Below are positions 23,892 to 30,996 of a DNA stretch of 31,656 nt, in pieces. Source of the DNA: a virus. Positions within the stretch are counted from its first letter, which is position 1. Each line of letters begins with the position of its first letter. Both the position numbers and the translations under genes were made by a program. The DNA is taken from IMG/VR virus record IMGVR_UViG_3300027892_000003. The stretch is one strand, 5' to 3'. The notes below the pieces were generated by a model. The model searched no databases and was not told the origin of the DNA. It worked only from the letters and a program-made list of their open reading frames with translations.

Positions 23892-25060
23892 GCATTACGC
23901 TTGCGCGCAATTTGACAGAGGTTGATCCAGCGCAGGATGCCGCGATTGCTGATCTGGCTGAACGCCTTGGCAGCATGAACAAAGCCGCTGCCGAGTTGAA
24001 CGTCAGCCGCGCAGCAGTGCAGAACGCCTGCCATCGGCATCAGCGCCGCACTGGTGACTTCACAGGCGGCATCCCTGCCTCGCCGGAACGTGACGGCGGC
24101 GGTGCCTATGTCGTCAAAGGGGTTTCGACCTACTTTGACGCGGACGGCAACCAGCGCGGGCAGTGGGTAAAAACCAGCCTCGATCAAGAGCGCCGTGATG
24201 AGGCAATCCGCGCTGCGTTTGAGGCGATGGCTGCTGACTTGCCGCGCGCCGATCCTGTTGCGTCGCCTAGCGTCACGTCTGCGCTGCTGTGCAACGTCTA
24301 CACTTTTACCGATTACCACATGGGGATGCTGGCCTGGCACAAAGAGGGCGGCGCTGATTGGGATATCGGCATTGCCTCGCGGGTGCTTGACGGTGCGTTT
24401 GCCGCTATGGTTGCCGGTGCGCCTGCTGCTGATACGTGCGTGATCGCACAGCTTGGCGACTTCCTGCATTATGACGGGCTGGTTGCCGCCACCCCTACCA
24501 GTGGCCACCCGCTTGACGCAGACGGGCGCTTTTCCAAGATGGTGAGCGCCACCATCAAGGCGCTGCGTGGGTTGGTTGACCGGGCATTGCTGAAGCATCG
24601 CCGCGTCATTGTTCTGATGGCCGAGGGCAACCACGATTTGGCATCGTCGGTATGGCTGCGGCACATGTTCAAGGCGCTCTACGAACATGAGCCGCGCGTT
24701 GAGGTCATCGACAGCGAACTGCCTTATTACGCCTTTGAGTTTGGCTCGATCATGCTGGGCTGGCACCATACGCACCTTTCCAAAATGGACGGCCTGACAA
24801 GCATATTTGCTGCGCAATTCCGGGCAATGTGGGGGCGGTGCAGCAAGGTTTATCTGCATACCGGGCATCTGCATCACCGCCGCCTGAAGGAAGATGGCGG
24901 GGCGATTGTGGAGCAGCACCCAACGCTATCGGCAAAGGACGCCTACAGCGCGCGCGGCGGCTATCATGCCGAGCGGGCGGCCATTGGCATCACATACCAC
25001 GCACAGTTTGGCGAAGTCGCGCGCAACACCGTGCGGCCCGAAATGCTGGAGGCAGCATGA
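23888..25060 (+). CDS. HTH-fused calcineurin-fold metallophosphoesterase (Mre11/SbcD-like motif set)
   Basis: The GTG start overlaps the upstream TGA (GTGA). N-terminal HTH-like segment MNKAAAELNVSRAAVQNACHRH. The five MPE motifs then appear in order: FTDYHMG, LGDFLHYD, AEGNHD, GWHHTH, HTGHLHH. The long antisense ORF 23792..24919 has no motifs. Confidence 0.75.
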   Translation: MSITLARNLTEVDPAQDAAIADLAERLGSMNKAAAELNVSRAAVQNACHRHQRRTGDFTGGIPASPERDGGGAYVVKGVSTYFDADGNQRGQWVKTSLDQERRDEAIRAAFEAMAADLPRADPVASPSVTSALLCNVYTFTDYHMGMLAWHKEGGADWDIGIASRVLDGAFAAMVAGAPAADTCVIAQLGDFLHYDGLVAATPTSGHPLDADGRFSKMVSATIKALRGLVDRALLKHRRVIVLMAEGNHDLASSVWLRHMFKALYEHEPRVEVIDSELPYYAFEFGSIMLGWHHTHLSKMDGLTSIFAAQFRAMWGRCSKVYLHTGHLHHRRLKEDGGAIVEQHPTLSAKDAYSARGGYHAERAAIGITYHAQFGEVARNTVRPEMLEAA

Positions 25061-25233
25061 ACACGCTCGACGCCCTGGACGCGCTGCACAAAGCGTATGA
25101 AGCCCGCGATGCCGCGCGTGACCGCGCTGTGGCCGAGGTCGAGCGCCAGTTCGCCGGCATTATCAAGCGCAGGCAGCAGGAATTTCAGGACGCCATCAGG
25201 CGCGCGACGGGGGCCGACACATGCAATGGATGA
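25057..25233 (+). CDS. Small coiled-coil hypothetical protein (58 aa)
   Basis: ATGA overlap with the upstream stop. Translation starts MNTLDALDALHKAYEARDAARDRAVAEVERQFAGIIKRRQQEF... Confidence 0.5.
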   Translation: MNTLDALDALHKAYEARDAARDRAVAEVERQFAGIIKRRQQEFQDAIRRATGADTCNG

Positions 25234-25721
25234 CAGAAGCGCGCCGCCACATTGGGCTGCGCGAGGTGCCGGGCGGTGCCAGCAACCCGGTAATCATGTC
25301 GTGGGGCAACCGTCTTGGCGCTAAGGTGCTGGGCATTGCTTACGGCAACGATGGGGTGCCTTGGTGCGGTCTGTTTGTAGCTCACTGCATCACCCAGGCT
25401 GGCTTGAAACCGCCGCCCATTGCGATCCGTGCGAAGGCGTGGGCGTCTTGGGGCGATAGCGTCGGCACGACTGCCACGCGCCCGCCGCTGGGCTGTGTCG
25501 CCGTGTTTGGCCGCGACGGTGGCGGTCATGTAGGGTTTGTCGAAAGCGTCAACACGGACGGCAGTCTGAACATCCTTGGCGGCAACCAAGGCGATGCGGT
25601 CAACGTGCGCCGTTTTCCGCGCGCCCGGCTGCTTGATCTGCGCTGGCCCAAGGGCGTGGCGCGGTCATCGCCTGCACCGTGGGCGGGCGCTGCGGCGGCA
25701 GACACAACGGGAGAAGGCTGA
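25230..25721 (+). CDS. Endolysin, CHAP/NlpC-P60-like (TIGR02594-type)
   Basis: GLREVPGGASNPVIMSW...DGVPWCGLFVAHC...GCVAVFGRDGGGHVGFV...LGGNQGDAV matches the TIGR02594 pattern with catalytic Cys and His. ATG 25230 gives an ATGA overlap with the upstream stop; ATG 25221 is also possible. Confidence 0.85.
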   Translation: MTEARRHIGLREVPGGASNPVIMSWGNRLGAKVLGIAYGNDGVPWCGLFVAHCITQAGLKPPPIAIRAKAWASWGDSVGTTATRPPLGCVAVFGRDGGGHVGFVESVNTDGSLNILGGNQGDAVNVRRFPRARLLDLRWPKGVARSSPAPWAGAAAADTTGEG

Positions 25722-25924
25722 TGATTGAATACATCCGCGCCAGGTTGCGCGAAAAATCTACTTACGCCGGCTTTGTCGCAATTGCGTTGGGCGTCTCGCT
25801 GCTAATCATTCCGATGATCATGCCGGCTGATGCTGCCGCGCTGACCAGCCAAAACGTGCAATGGCTGATCACCGCGCTGTTTGCGTCTGGCCTGGGCGGC
25901 ATCATCTGGCATCGCAAGGTCTAA
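25721..25924 (+). CDS. Holin (two transmembrane helices)
   Basis: GGGAGAAGG RBS. 67 aa with two hydrophobic helices (YAGFVAIALGVSLLIIPMIM and VQWLITALFASGLGGIIW) and a basic C-terminus. It lies between the endolysin and spanin genes. Confidence 0.7.
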   Translation: MIEYIRARLREKSTYAGFVAIALGVSLLIIPMIMPADAAALTSQNVQWLITALFASGLGGIIWHRKV

Positions 25925-25926
25925 CC

Positions 25927-26298
25927 ATGTTCATGCCAGCGTGGGCAATCCGGCTTGCACCATATGCCGCTGGCATCTTGCTGGCGGTGGGGGCGTATTT
26001 CTGGGCATACAGCAACGGCAGGCAGGCAGAGCGGGCGAAGTGGCAGGCGCGTGAGATCGCCGCTGTAGCAGCCGCACAGGCCAAGAGCGCGGCATTGCAA
26101 GCCCAAGTCGATGCTGCGGGCGTGGCACTGTCTGAACAGGCGGCTGCGATTGATCGGATAACCCATGTTCAGAAACTGAACACAAGGACGTTTTATGTTC
26201 AGAATCCTGCTGCCAACGTCGCTTGCCTGTCTGCTGATCGGCTGCGGGCCATCGCGGACAGTGACACCGCCGTTACGGCTGCCAGCACCACCCAATGA
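25927..26298 (+). CDS. i-spanin (Rz-like)
   Basis: N-terminal TM helix (LAPYAAGILLAVGAYFWAY) followed by an Ala/Gln-rich coiled coil. The o-spanin ORF overlaps its 3-prime end. Confidence 0.75.
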   Translation: MFMPAWAIRLAPYAAGILLAVGAYFWAYSNGRQAERAKWQAREIAAVAAAQAKSAALQAQVDAAGVALSEQAAAIDRITHVQKLNTRTFYVQNPAANVACLSADRLRAIADSDTAVTAASTTQ

Positions 26299-26440
26299 GG
26301 CGATGCAGGCGTGCCAGATACCCGCGCTGATGGGCGGGTCTGCTGCTGATGTGGAAGCGGCGCTGATTGAGCGCGGGGCAGCTATTGCGGCGTGCGAGGC
26401 AAGGCGGGCGGCGTTGGTGCGGGCGTGGCCTAAGCCGTGA
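26195..26440 (+). CDS. o-spanin (Rz1-like outer-membrane lipoprotein)
   Basis: Signal peptide with lipobox (MFRILLPTSLACLLIGC), Pro-rich mature part. It overlaps the i-spanin gene by 104 nt in another frame. Confidence 0.8.
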   Translation: MFRILLPTSLACLLIGCGPSRTVTPPLRLPAPPNEAMQACQIPALMGGSAADVEAALIERGAAIAACEARRAALVRAWPKP

Positions 26441-26446
26441 AATTAT

Positions 26447-26478
26447 CCGAGAGGCTCCAGTGGTTCAATATGAACCAC
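26447..26478. repeat. attP arm element P: CCGAGAGG-N-GTGGTTCAATATGAACCAC (perfect 8-3-8 palindrome at 26460..26478)
   Basis: A direct imperfect copy lies at 26646..26675 on the other side of the tRNA-derived core. Confidence 0.6.
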
Positions 26479-26490
26479 CCCGCGCGGGCT

Positions 26491-26556
26491 TCCACGGTGC
26501 ATCCGGCGTTTTTTGCAAAAATCGTCCACGGTAAAGCGGCTTTTCTCCACGGTGCG
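26491..26556. repeat. Three direct TCCACGGT repeats (26491, 26525, 26546): candidate arm-type integrase or accessory-factor sites
   Basis: Read directly. All three lie between the left arm palindrome and the tRNA-derived core. Confidence 0.45.
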
Positions 26557-26573
26557 CGGCGCAGGGACGCCCA

Positions 26574-26618
26574 TTTACACCGAGAGGGTCGGGGGTTCGA
26601 AACCCTCAGCGCCCACCA
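26574..26618 (+). other. attP core: 3-prime half of a tRNA-Val(UAC) gene (anticodon loop to CCA), not a complete tRNA
   Basis: Reading 5-prime to 3-prime: TTTACAC anticodon loop (UAC), CGAGA, variable GGGTC, T-arm GGGGG-TTCGAAA-CCCTC, acceptor AGCGCCC, discriminator A, CCA. Upstream bases cannot form the anticodon stem, D-arm or 5-prime acceptor strand. Confidence 0.75.
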
Positions 26619-26645
26619 ATGCCGCCAGTGACTTAGCCGATTCTG

Positions 26646-26675
26646 CCGAGAGGGGCGGGTGGTTCCAATGAACCA
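26646..26675. repeat. attP arm element P-prime: CCGAGAGG-N-GGTGGTTCCAATGAACCA
   Basis: Imperfect direct copy of 26447..26478, positioned between the core and the integrase stop codon. Confidence 0.6.
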
Positions 26676-26683
26676 AAACCCGT

Positions 26684-27658
26684 CTAAAACTCTAGCGCAT
26701 TGGCCGCAGGAACCATGAAAGACGGGCTGTAGCGACCGTAATGTGTCTCGGTCGTTCTGGTGCTGGTGTGGCCCAGGAATTGCGCAATCAGCTGCATCGG
26801 CACGTTTGCTTGAGCCATCCAGACGCCAGACGTGTGGCGAAGCACATGCGGGCTGCACACTATGCCGGCGCGGCGCGATGCATTGGCAAACGCCTTCTTG
26901 ATGTTGGCCACCGGCTGCCCGGCGTATTCGATGACGTGATCGGTCAACCGGCCTTCGTATGCCTCCTCCAGCGCGGCGCGCGCGCGGCTGTTCATCGGCA
27001 CCACAACCCGGCGTTTGTTCGTCTGGTGACGGCCTGCCGGGCGAAAGTCGATTGTCCCGGTCGCCATGTCCACGCGATCCCACGTCAGGTCCAGGATGGC
27101 CGACATACGCGCGCCGGTCGTTACCGCCAGCACAATGAACAATTGAGCATGGGGCGCGTCGGTCGCGGCAAGCAGGGCGTTCACCTGATCTGGTGTTAGC
27201 CATCGGTCGCGAGGCGGGCTGGCGGGCGGCGTCCACAGCTTCGGCGCGGCTTGGCCGAAGTGAAAGCGCAGGCAGGCGCGCAGTAATTCCAGCTCGGTCT
27301 TGATGGTGCTGGGGCGCTTGCCGGCGCGCTTTCTGACGGCGGCGTATGCACGGCAATCGTCGGGCGTGATGGCTTTGCCCAGGCGGTGGCCGAAATGTGG
27401 CTCTAGCGCCGTCCAGATCGACGTGAAGCGGTCTGTGCGGGCCACCTCTGTCAGCCGGTCGCGGACATAGGCGGGCCACAGATCGGCTACCCGTTCGCTG
27501 GGCGCTGCGTTTCGTGCGTTCCAGATTGAACGAGCGCGGGCCTCTGCGAGGCCCCGGTCATCCGTCCCAAGCGCGACACGAATGCGGCCTCGTTCGCCAT
27601 CGGTGTAGGCGAGGCTCCATTTGTCTCGGTGCTGGACGAGCCTGTATTCTGCTGACAC
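26684..27658 (-). CDS. int: Tyrosine integrase (phage integrase family)
   Basis: Catalytic signature ARMSAILDLTWDRVD...HVLRHTSGVWMAQ...FLGHTSTRTTETHYGRY (R...HxxR...H...Y). The N-terminus YRLVQHRDKWSLAYTDGERGRIRVALGT is typical of the arm-binding domain. Adjacent to the tRNA-derived attP. Confidence 0.93.
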   Translation of the reverse strand: MSAEYRLVQHRDKWSLAYTDGERGRIRVALGTDDRGLAEARARSIWNARNAAPSERVADLWPAYVRDRLTEVARTDRFTSIWTALEPHFGHRLGKAITPDDCRAYAAVRKRAGKRPSTIKTELELLRACLRFHFGQAAPKLWTPPASPPRDRWLTPDQVNALLAATDAPHAQLFIVLAVTTGARMSAILDLTWDRVDMATGTIDFRPAGRHQTNKRRVVVPMNSRARAALEEAYEGRLTDHVIEYAGQPVANIKKAFANASRRAGIVCSPHVLRHTSGVWMAQANVPMQLIAQFLGHTSTRTTETHYGRYSPSFMVPAANALEF

Positions 27659-27810
27659 TCGAACCGCTCCACTTCTTCGGGACGAATGCGATACAGTTTC
27701 TCCGCTAATTTGAAAGCGCGCAACCGCCCGCTCTTAATAAGAGCGCGCACCGTGGTTTCGCTGCACTCCCAGCGTTCGGCTAATGTGGCGGGGGTGTAGG
27801 GGCGGGTCAT
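27487..27810 (-). CDS. xis: Excisionase / MerR-like HTH DNA-binding protein
   Basis: YTPATLAERWECSETTVRALIKSGRLRAFKLAEKLYRIRPEEVERF is an excisionase-family HTH. ATG 27810 overlaps the upstream stop (ATGA). The ORF runs 172 nt into int in another frame. Confidence 0.75.
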   Translation of the reverse strand: MTRPYTPATLAERWECSETTVRALIKSGRLRAFKLAEKLYRIRPEEVERFECQQNTGSSSTETNGASPTPMANEAAFVSRLGRMTGASQRPALVQSGTHETQRPANG

Positions 27811-28052
27811 GGGCATGCTGCCTCTATGTCGTCAGCCAAAATGCCGGCGTGTTGAGGATTGGGCGTCTGGTCGCGCATCACCGCCACTTCGTCGCGTGTG
27901 CAGTCAACTGTTCCACGCCAAGGCGCATCGCAGTCGTAGCTGTTACCGTCTGCCAAAAAGCGAACGGGGTCATAGCCCCTGACCACGGTTCCGCAGCCCT
28001 TCCATCCACAAATAGTCCGCACTTTGAGCCGAACGCGGGTGCCGGCCTTCAT
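27807..28052 (-). CDS. Hypothetical Cys-rich small protein
   Basis: 81 aa, with ATGA coupling at both ends. No motif. Confidence 0.5.
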   Translation of the reverse strand: MKAGTRVRLKVRTICGWKGCGTVVRGYDPVRFLADGNSYDCDAPWRGTVDCTRDEVAVMRDQTPNPQHAGILADDIEAACP

Positions 28053-28717
28053 TCGCCCGCCCCCTCAATTGCCGCCCGCCGATCATTGAACAGCGCCACA
28101 ACGTCCGCATGGGCCTTGGGGAACGCTTCAAGCCGGCCCAGCCCCTTCGCCTTGCCAGCTTGCAGTTCGGCCAGGTCGGTGATCGTCTCGCAGGCAGCGA
28201 CTTGGCGCATCGTCTCAGCGATCCAATCTTGCGCAGTGGCTGGCAGTTCCACCGTTTGCAGCACGACTGGATCGGCGGCACTTGGCGCAGGCGGGGAGGG
28301 CAGCGCAGGCGGGCGGGTGTTCGTCGCCAGCGGCAGAATTTTCATGCCGGCCTTTTTGCCTTTAGCCTTCATGACGACCACATCACGCGCGCCGTCGATG
28401 TGGCTCATGTGGCTGATCCGAAGCCCGCCGACCTTCATCCCGCCGAATTGCACTTCTGCATCGCGGAACAACGTCATTGAGCGGCCAACATACTGGTTGG
28501 CATCAGCGCCCCACATGGCCACCATGACGCGCCTGATGGTCTTGCAGGGGCGAAACACGCGCTCTTCACCTTCCAGCCACACGTTGACCGGCTGTTCGCC
28601 GTCATTGGCCGTTACGCCTCGCACCGTGAAGGTACGCGGGCCGCCGATCAGGTCATCTGCCCCGATCTGGTCGCTCTTGGCCTCAATGAAGCGGCTCATA
28701 TCGACGGGGGCATTCAT
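28049..28717 (-). CDS. Hypothetical protein partnered with the exonuclease (candidate ssDNA-binding/annealing protein)
   Basis: 222 aa, ATGA-coupled directly downstream of the YqaJ exonuclease gene. Its two-domain layout is joined by a Pro/Ala linker (TRPPALPSPPAPSAADP). Function is inferred from position only. Confidence 0.35.
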   Translation of the reverse strand: MNAPVDMSRFIEAKSDQIGADDLIGGPRTFTVRGVTANDGEQPVNVWLEGEERVFRPCKTIRRVMVAMWGADANQYVGRSMTLFRDAEVQFGGMKVGGLRISHMSHIDGARDVVVMKAKGKKAGMKILPLATNTRPPALPSPPAPSAADPVVLQTVELPATAQDWIAETMRQVAACETITDLAELQAGKAKGLGRLEAFPKAHADVVALFNDRRAAIEGAGE

Positions 28718-29418
28718 ATCGTCATTTCCTCTTCAATGGTGCGTTCGGTGGGAATCAGGCGCGGATCGGTCGCCAGCAAATCGTGATATTCAGCCAGGCG
28801 GGCAGACAGACGCGCCTCAAACCCGGCAGCGGCTTCAAGGATCGCGGCCTGCACCTTTTCGTCGGGCCAAACGCGGATCACCGCCATCGGCAAGCCGCCC
28901 GAATAGCTGATCAGGTCAAGCCATTGCCGTTCGCTCACCAGCATCCCGGTGTGGCATTGCAGCAAGAAATCAGGCGGGCAGTCGCCGGCCAGATAGTGCG
29001 TGGTCAGCGTCTCAATCTGAAATTTCTGGCGACGGCTCTTAATCTCAATCAGGCCGCGATCTGCAACCAGCCCATCCGGTGAATAGCCCAGCGTGAAACC
29101 GTGGCGGCTGTTCGTGATGAAGCCGCACTCGGTGACGGGCGCAAACATGTCGGCGTATTTGGCACGGGCCAGGATTTCGTCGCTGTGACCGCGCAGCATG
29201 TCGTCCGTCACATAGAGCGGCTCAACGTGGCCGGTGATGCGCTGGGCCATCAACTCGAACAGGTGACTTTTTTCCTTGTCGTTGTTGGCCATCTTCAGCG
29301 TCGGCGTGATGATCAGTTTGATGTTGCTGGCGGTCAGCACTCCGCAGCGGGCGCGCAACCACTGGTCGCTGCCCTGATCAAACGCATCGTGATAAATGAT
29401 GTGGTCTGGCGCGCTCAC
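28714..29418 (-). CDS. YqaJ-like (lambda Exo-type) PD-(D/E)XK recombination exonuclease
   Basis: GSDQWLRARCGVLTASNI...GHSDEILARAKY...LGYSPDGLVADRGLIEIKSR...Q carries YqaJ viral recombinase motifs (D...E-x-K). Confidence 0.85.
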   Translation of the reverse strand: MSAPDHIIYHDAFDQGSDQWLRARCGVLTASNIKLIITPTLKMANNDKEKSHLFELMAQRITGHVEPLYVTDDMLRGHSDEILARAKYADMFAPVTECGFITNSRHGFTLGYSPDGLVADRGLIEIKSRRQKFQIETLTTHYLAGDCPPDFLLQCHTGMLVSERQWLDLISYSGGLPMAVIRVWPDEKVQAAILEAAAGFEARLSARLAEYHDLLATDPRLIPTERTIEEEMTI

Positions 29419-29618
29419 AGCATTGCCCCGATCTGTGCCAGCAAGATGCCGGCGGTAATGGTGACGGACACCCGCCAGGTGCGCGGGTGCGTGCGGATCG
29501 CAGCGGCCAGCGTCGGCCAGAAACCCGGCTCAGGGCGGCGGTCGATCAGCGCGGCGCGGCTGTCGCGTTCGTGCTGGTTGATGGCTGGCAGCCACGGGCG
29601 TGCGCGGGTGCCGGTCAT
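29415..29618 (-). CDS. Small hypothetical protein with a C-terminal hydrophobic helix
   Basis: 67 aa, ATGA-coupled at both ends. Hydrophobic segment VSVTITAGILLAQIGAML. Confidence 0.45.
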   Translation of the reverse strand: MTGTRARPWLPAINQHERDSRAALIDRRPEPGFWPTLAAAIRTHPRTWRVSVTITAGILLAQIGAML

Positions 29619-29830
29619 GGCCGACCCTCCGTTTCAATCGGGCCGTGGTAATACCCCTCTGGGCGCTCCATCAGGACGGGGCGCATCTTCCGCGCCTCGA
29701 CGCCATAGCGCCAGCCTTCAGCCGCGTCAGCATCGACTGGGCAGGCGCTGCCGCGAAACCCCAAGAACCAACCGTCATGCCAGCGGTCGCAAGCAGCTTC
29801 GTCGAAATCGTCTATCTGGGGCGCGCTCAC
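29615..29830 (-). CDS. Small hypothetical protein with an Rmf/CrpP-like motif
   Basis: DRWHDGWFLGFRGSACPVDADAAEGWRYG resembles the G..AG..G....CP.......W..GW core of Rmf/CrpP-fold proteins. The resemblance is weak and judged by eye. Confidence 0.4.
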   Translation of the reverse strand: MSAPQIDDFDEAACDRWHDGWFLGFRGSACPVDADAAEGWRYGVEARKMRPVLMERPEGYYHGPIETEGRP

Positions 29831-30150
29831 TTGACGCGCTCCATCACATCGCGGGCAGTCATCTGCATCAGCCGTGCAGTCTGAAACCGCACCAACTCAG
29901 CCCGGCGTTCAGCCATCATCCGCAGCAGCGCGTGGGCCAGCAGATCGTCGGTGTAGGCGCGCGCCTGATCGGTGGCAGCTTCGGCTTCGGTTTCGTCGGG
30001 CGCATGATTTTGGATTTGGGCGTCGGCCTCAAACCAATCCATGCCAACGCGGCGGGCGATCTCGTTTAACAGCGCGGCGTCAATAGCCTGGTCGGACGGT
30101 TCGCCATCGCTGACCCACTGCGGGCCGCCCTTATGCGCAAGGTAATGCAT
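29827..30150 (-). CDS. Acidic hypothetical protein, first gene of the leftward early operon
   Basis: GGGAGAGAG RBS upstream of ATG 30150. 107 aa. The longer 30234 start would run through the operator/promoter region. Confidence 0.55.
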   Translation of the reverse strand: MHYLAHKGGPQWVSDGEPSDQAIDAALLNEIARRVGMDWFEADAQIQNHAPDETEAEAATDQARAYTDDLLAHALLRMMAERRAELVRFQTARLMQMTARDVMERVK

Positions 30151-30198
30151 TGTCTCTCTCCCTTGCCGCAGCCCATTGGACTCATGCGGCTTGGGATT

Positions 30199-30253
30199 AT
30201 TCGTATATGCGCATACGCATACCGTCAAGCACAATTATATGCGCCTACGCATG
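30199..30253 (-). promoter_or_regulatory. Leftward early promoter with two repressor operators (OL-like)
   Basis: On the minus strand: TTGACG (plus-strand 30223..30228), a 17-nt spacer, then TACGAA(T). The spacer is the operator TATGCGCATACGCATA (30206..30221). A second operator, TATGCGCCTACGCATG, lies at 30238..30253. Confidence 0.6.
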
Positions 30254-30275
30254 GCGCTGCCATCGGTAGTTTCGG

Positions 30276-30968
30276 TTATTCTAAGCGATAGGAGCCAACG
30301 ACAACTGCGATAATGCGTGTCTCAGAAACCAGCGGATCGCCGTTAAATGCATCAATCGGTGCCTGATATTCGGGGTGGCTGCTTTCAGCTACCAGCCACT
30401 TTTTGCCGTCTTCGCCTACAACCAGCTTTTTTATCGTGGCCTCGACCATGCCGTCCAAGCGCCTGCGCTCCACAATTACGCGCTTACCGTTGGCTGGCTC
30501 ATTATCCAAGGCATAAACAGACACACAATCAAGCAACGTGCCAGGTGGATAGCGCAGATTCATGCTTTCGCCATCCACGCGCAATCCAAAGCGATGTGGC
30601 GACCTTACCCGCGTTGCTTCTGGGCTGCCAGTGAAGGTAAACCGATCTTCCTCGGCCCATTCCCATGCTTCATGCCACACGCCTGCTGCAACAGAACCAC
30701 GCACTTCCACGCTCTCCCCCATTGGCACCGCTTGGTCAGCACGCGGTAGGCCAATGAACTCTTGGATGGAGACGCCCGCAAAGCTGGCCAGGATCGCCAA
30801 GTTTTCAGGTTCTGGCATAGAACCTGTCTCCCAGCGAGATACCGACCCCTGACTGACGCCAAACAGCTTGGCAAACTGCCCCTGCGTGAGCTGCTTGGCA
30901 CGGCGTAGCCCAACTATTTTCGTGGCGACAAGTGTTGTCATACCGGTTGCGTAATCGTTGCTGCTCAT
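30276..30968 (-). CDS. cI: CI/LexA-type repressor (XRE HTH + S24 peptidase autocleavage domain)
   Basis: HTH segment LTQGQFAKLFGVSQGSVSRWETG. LexA-like cleavage site VAAG. Ser/Lys dyad context VDGESM ... TIKKL. The start is probably ATG 30968 or 30941. The 31034 start would overlap cro and the operator. Confidence 0.9.
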   Translation of the reverse strand: MSSNDYATGMTTLVATKIVGLRRAKQLTQGQFAKLFGVSQGSVSRWETGSMPEPENLAILASFAGVSIQEFIGLPRADQAVPMGESVEVRGSVAAGVWHEAWEWAEEDRFTFTGSPEATRVRSPHRFGLRVDGESMNLRYPPGTLLDCVSVYALDNEPANGKRVIVERRRLDGMVEATIKKLVVGEDGKKWLVAESSHPEYQAPIDAFNGDPLVSETRIIAVVVGSYRLE

Positions 30969-30996
30969 ATTCGCAAACTCGCTAACGCATAGGGCG

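Noticed and set aside
26543-26618. A complete tRNA gene upstream of the integrase.
   Set aside because: Only the anticodon loop, variable loop, T-arm, acceptor 3-prime strand and CCA are present. The bases where the anticodon-stem 5-prime strand, D-arm and GGGCGCT acceptor 5-prime strand should be do not pair. This is an attP copy of the tRNA 3-prime half.
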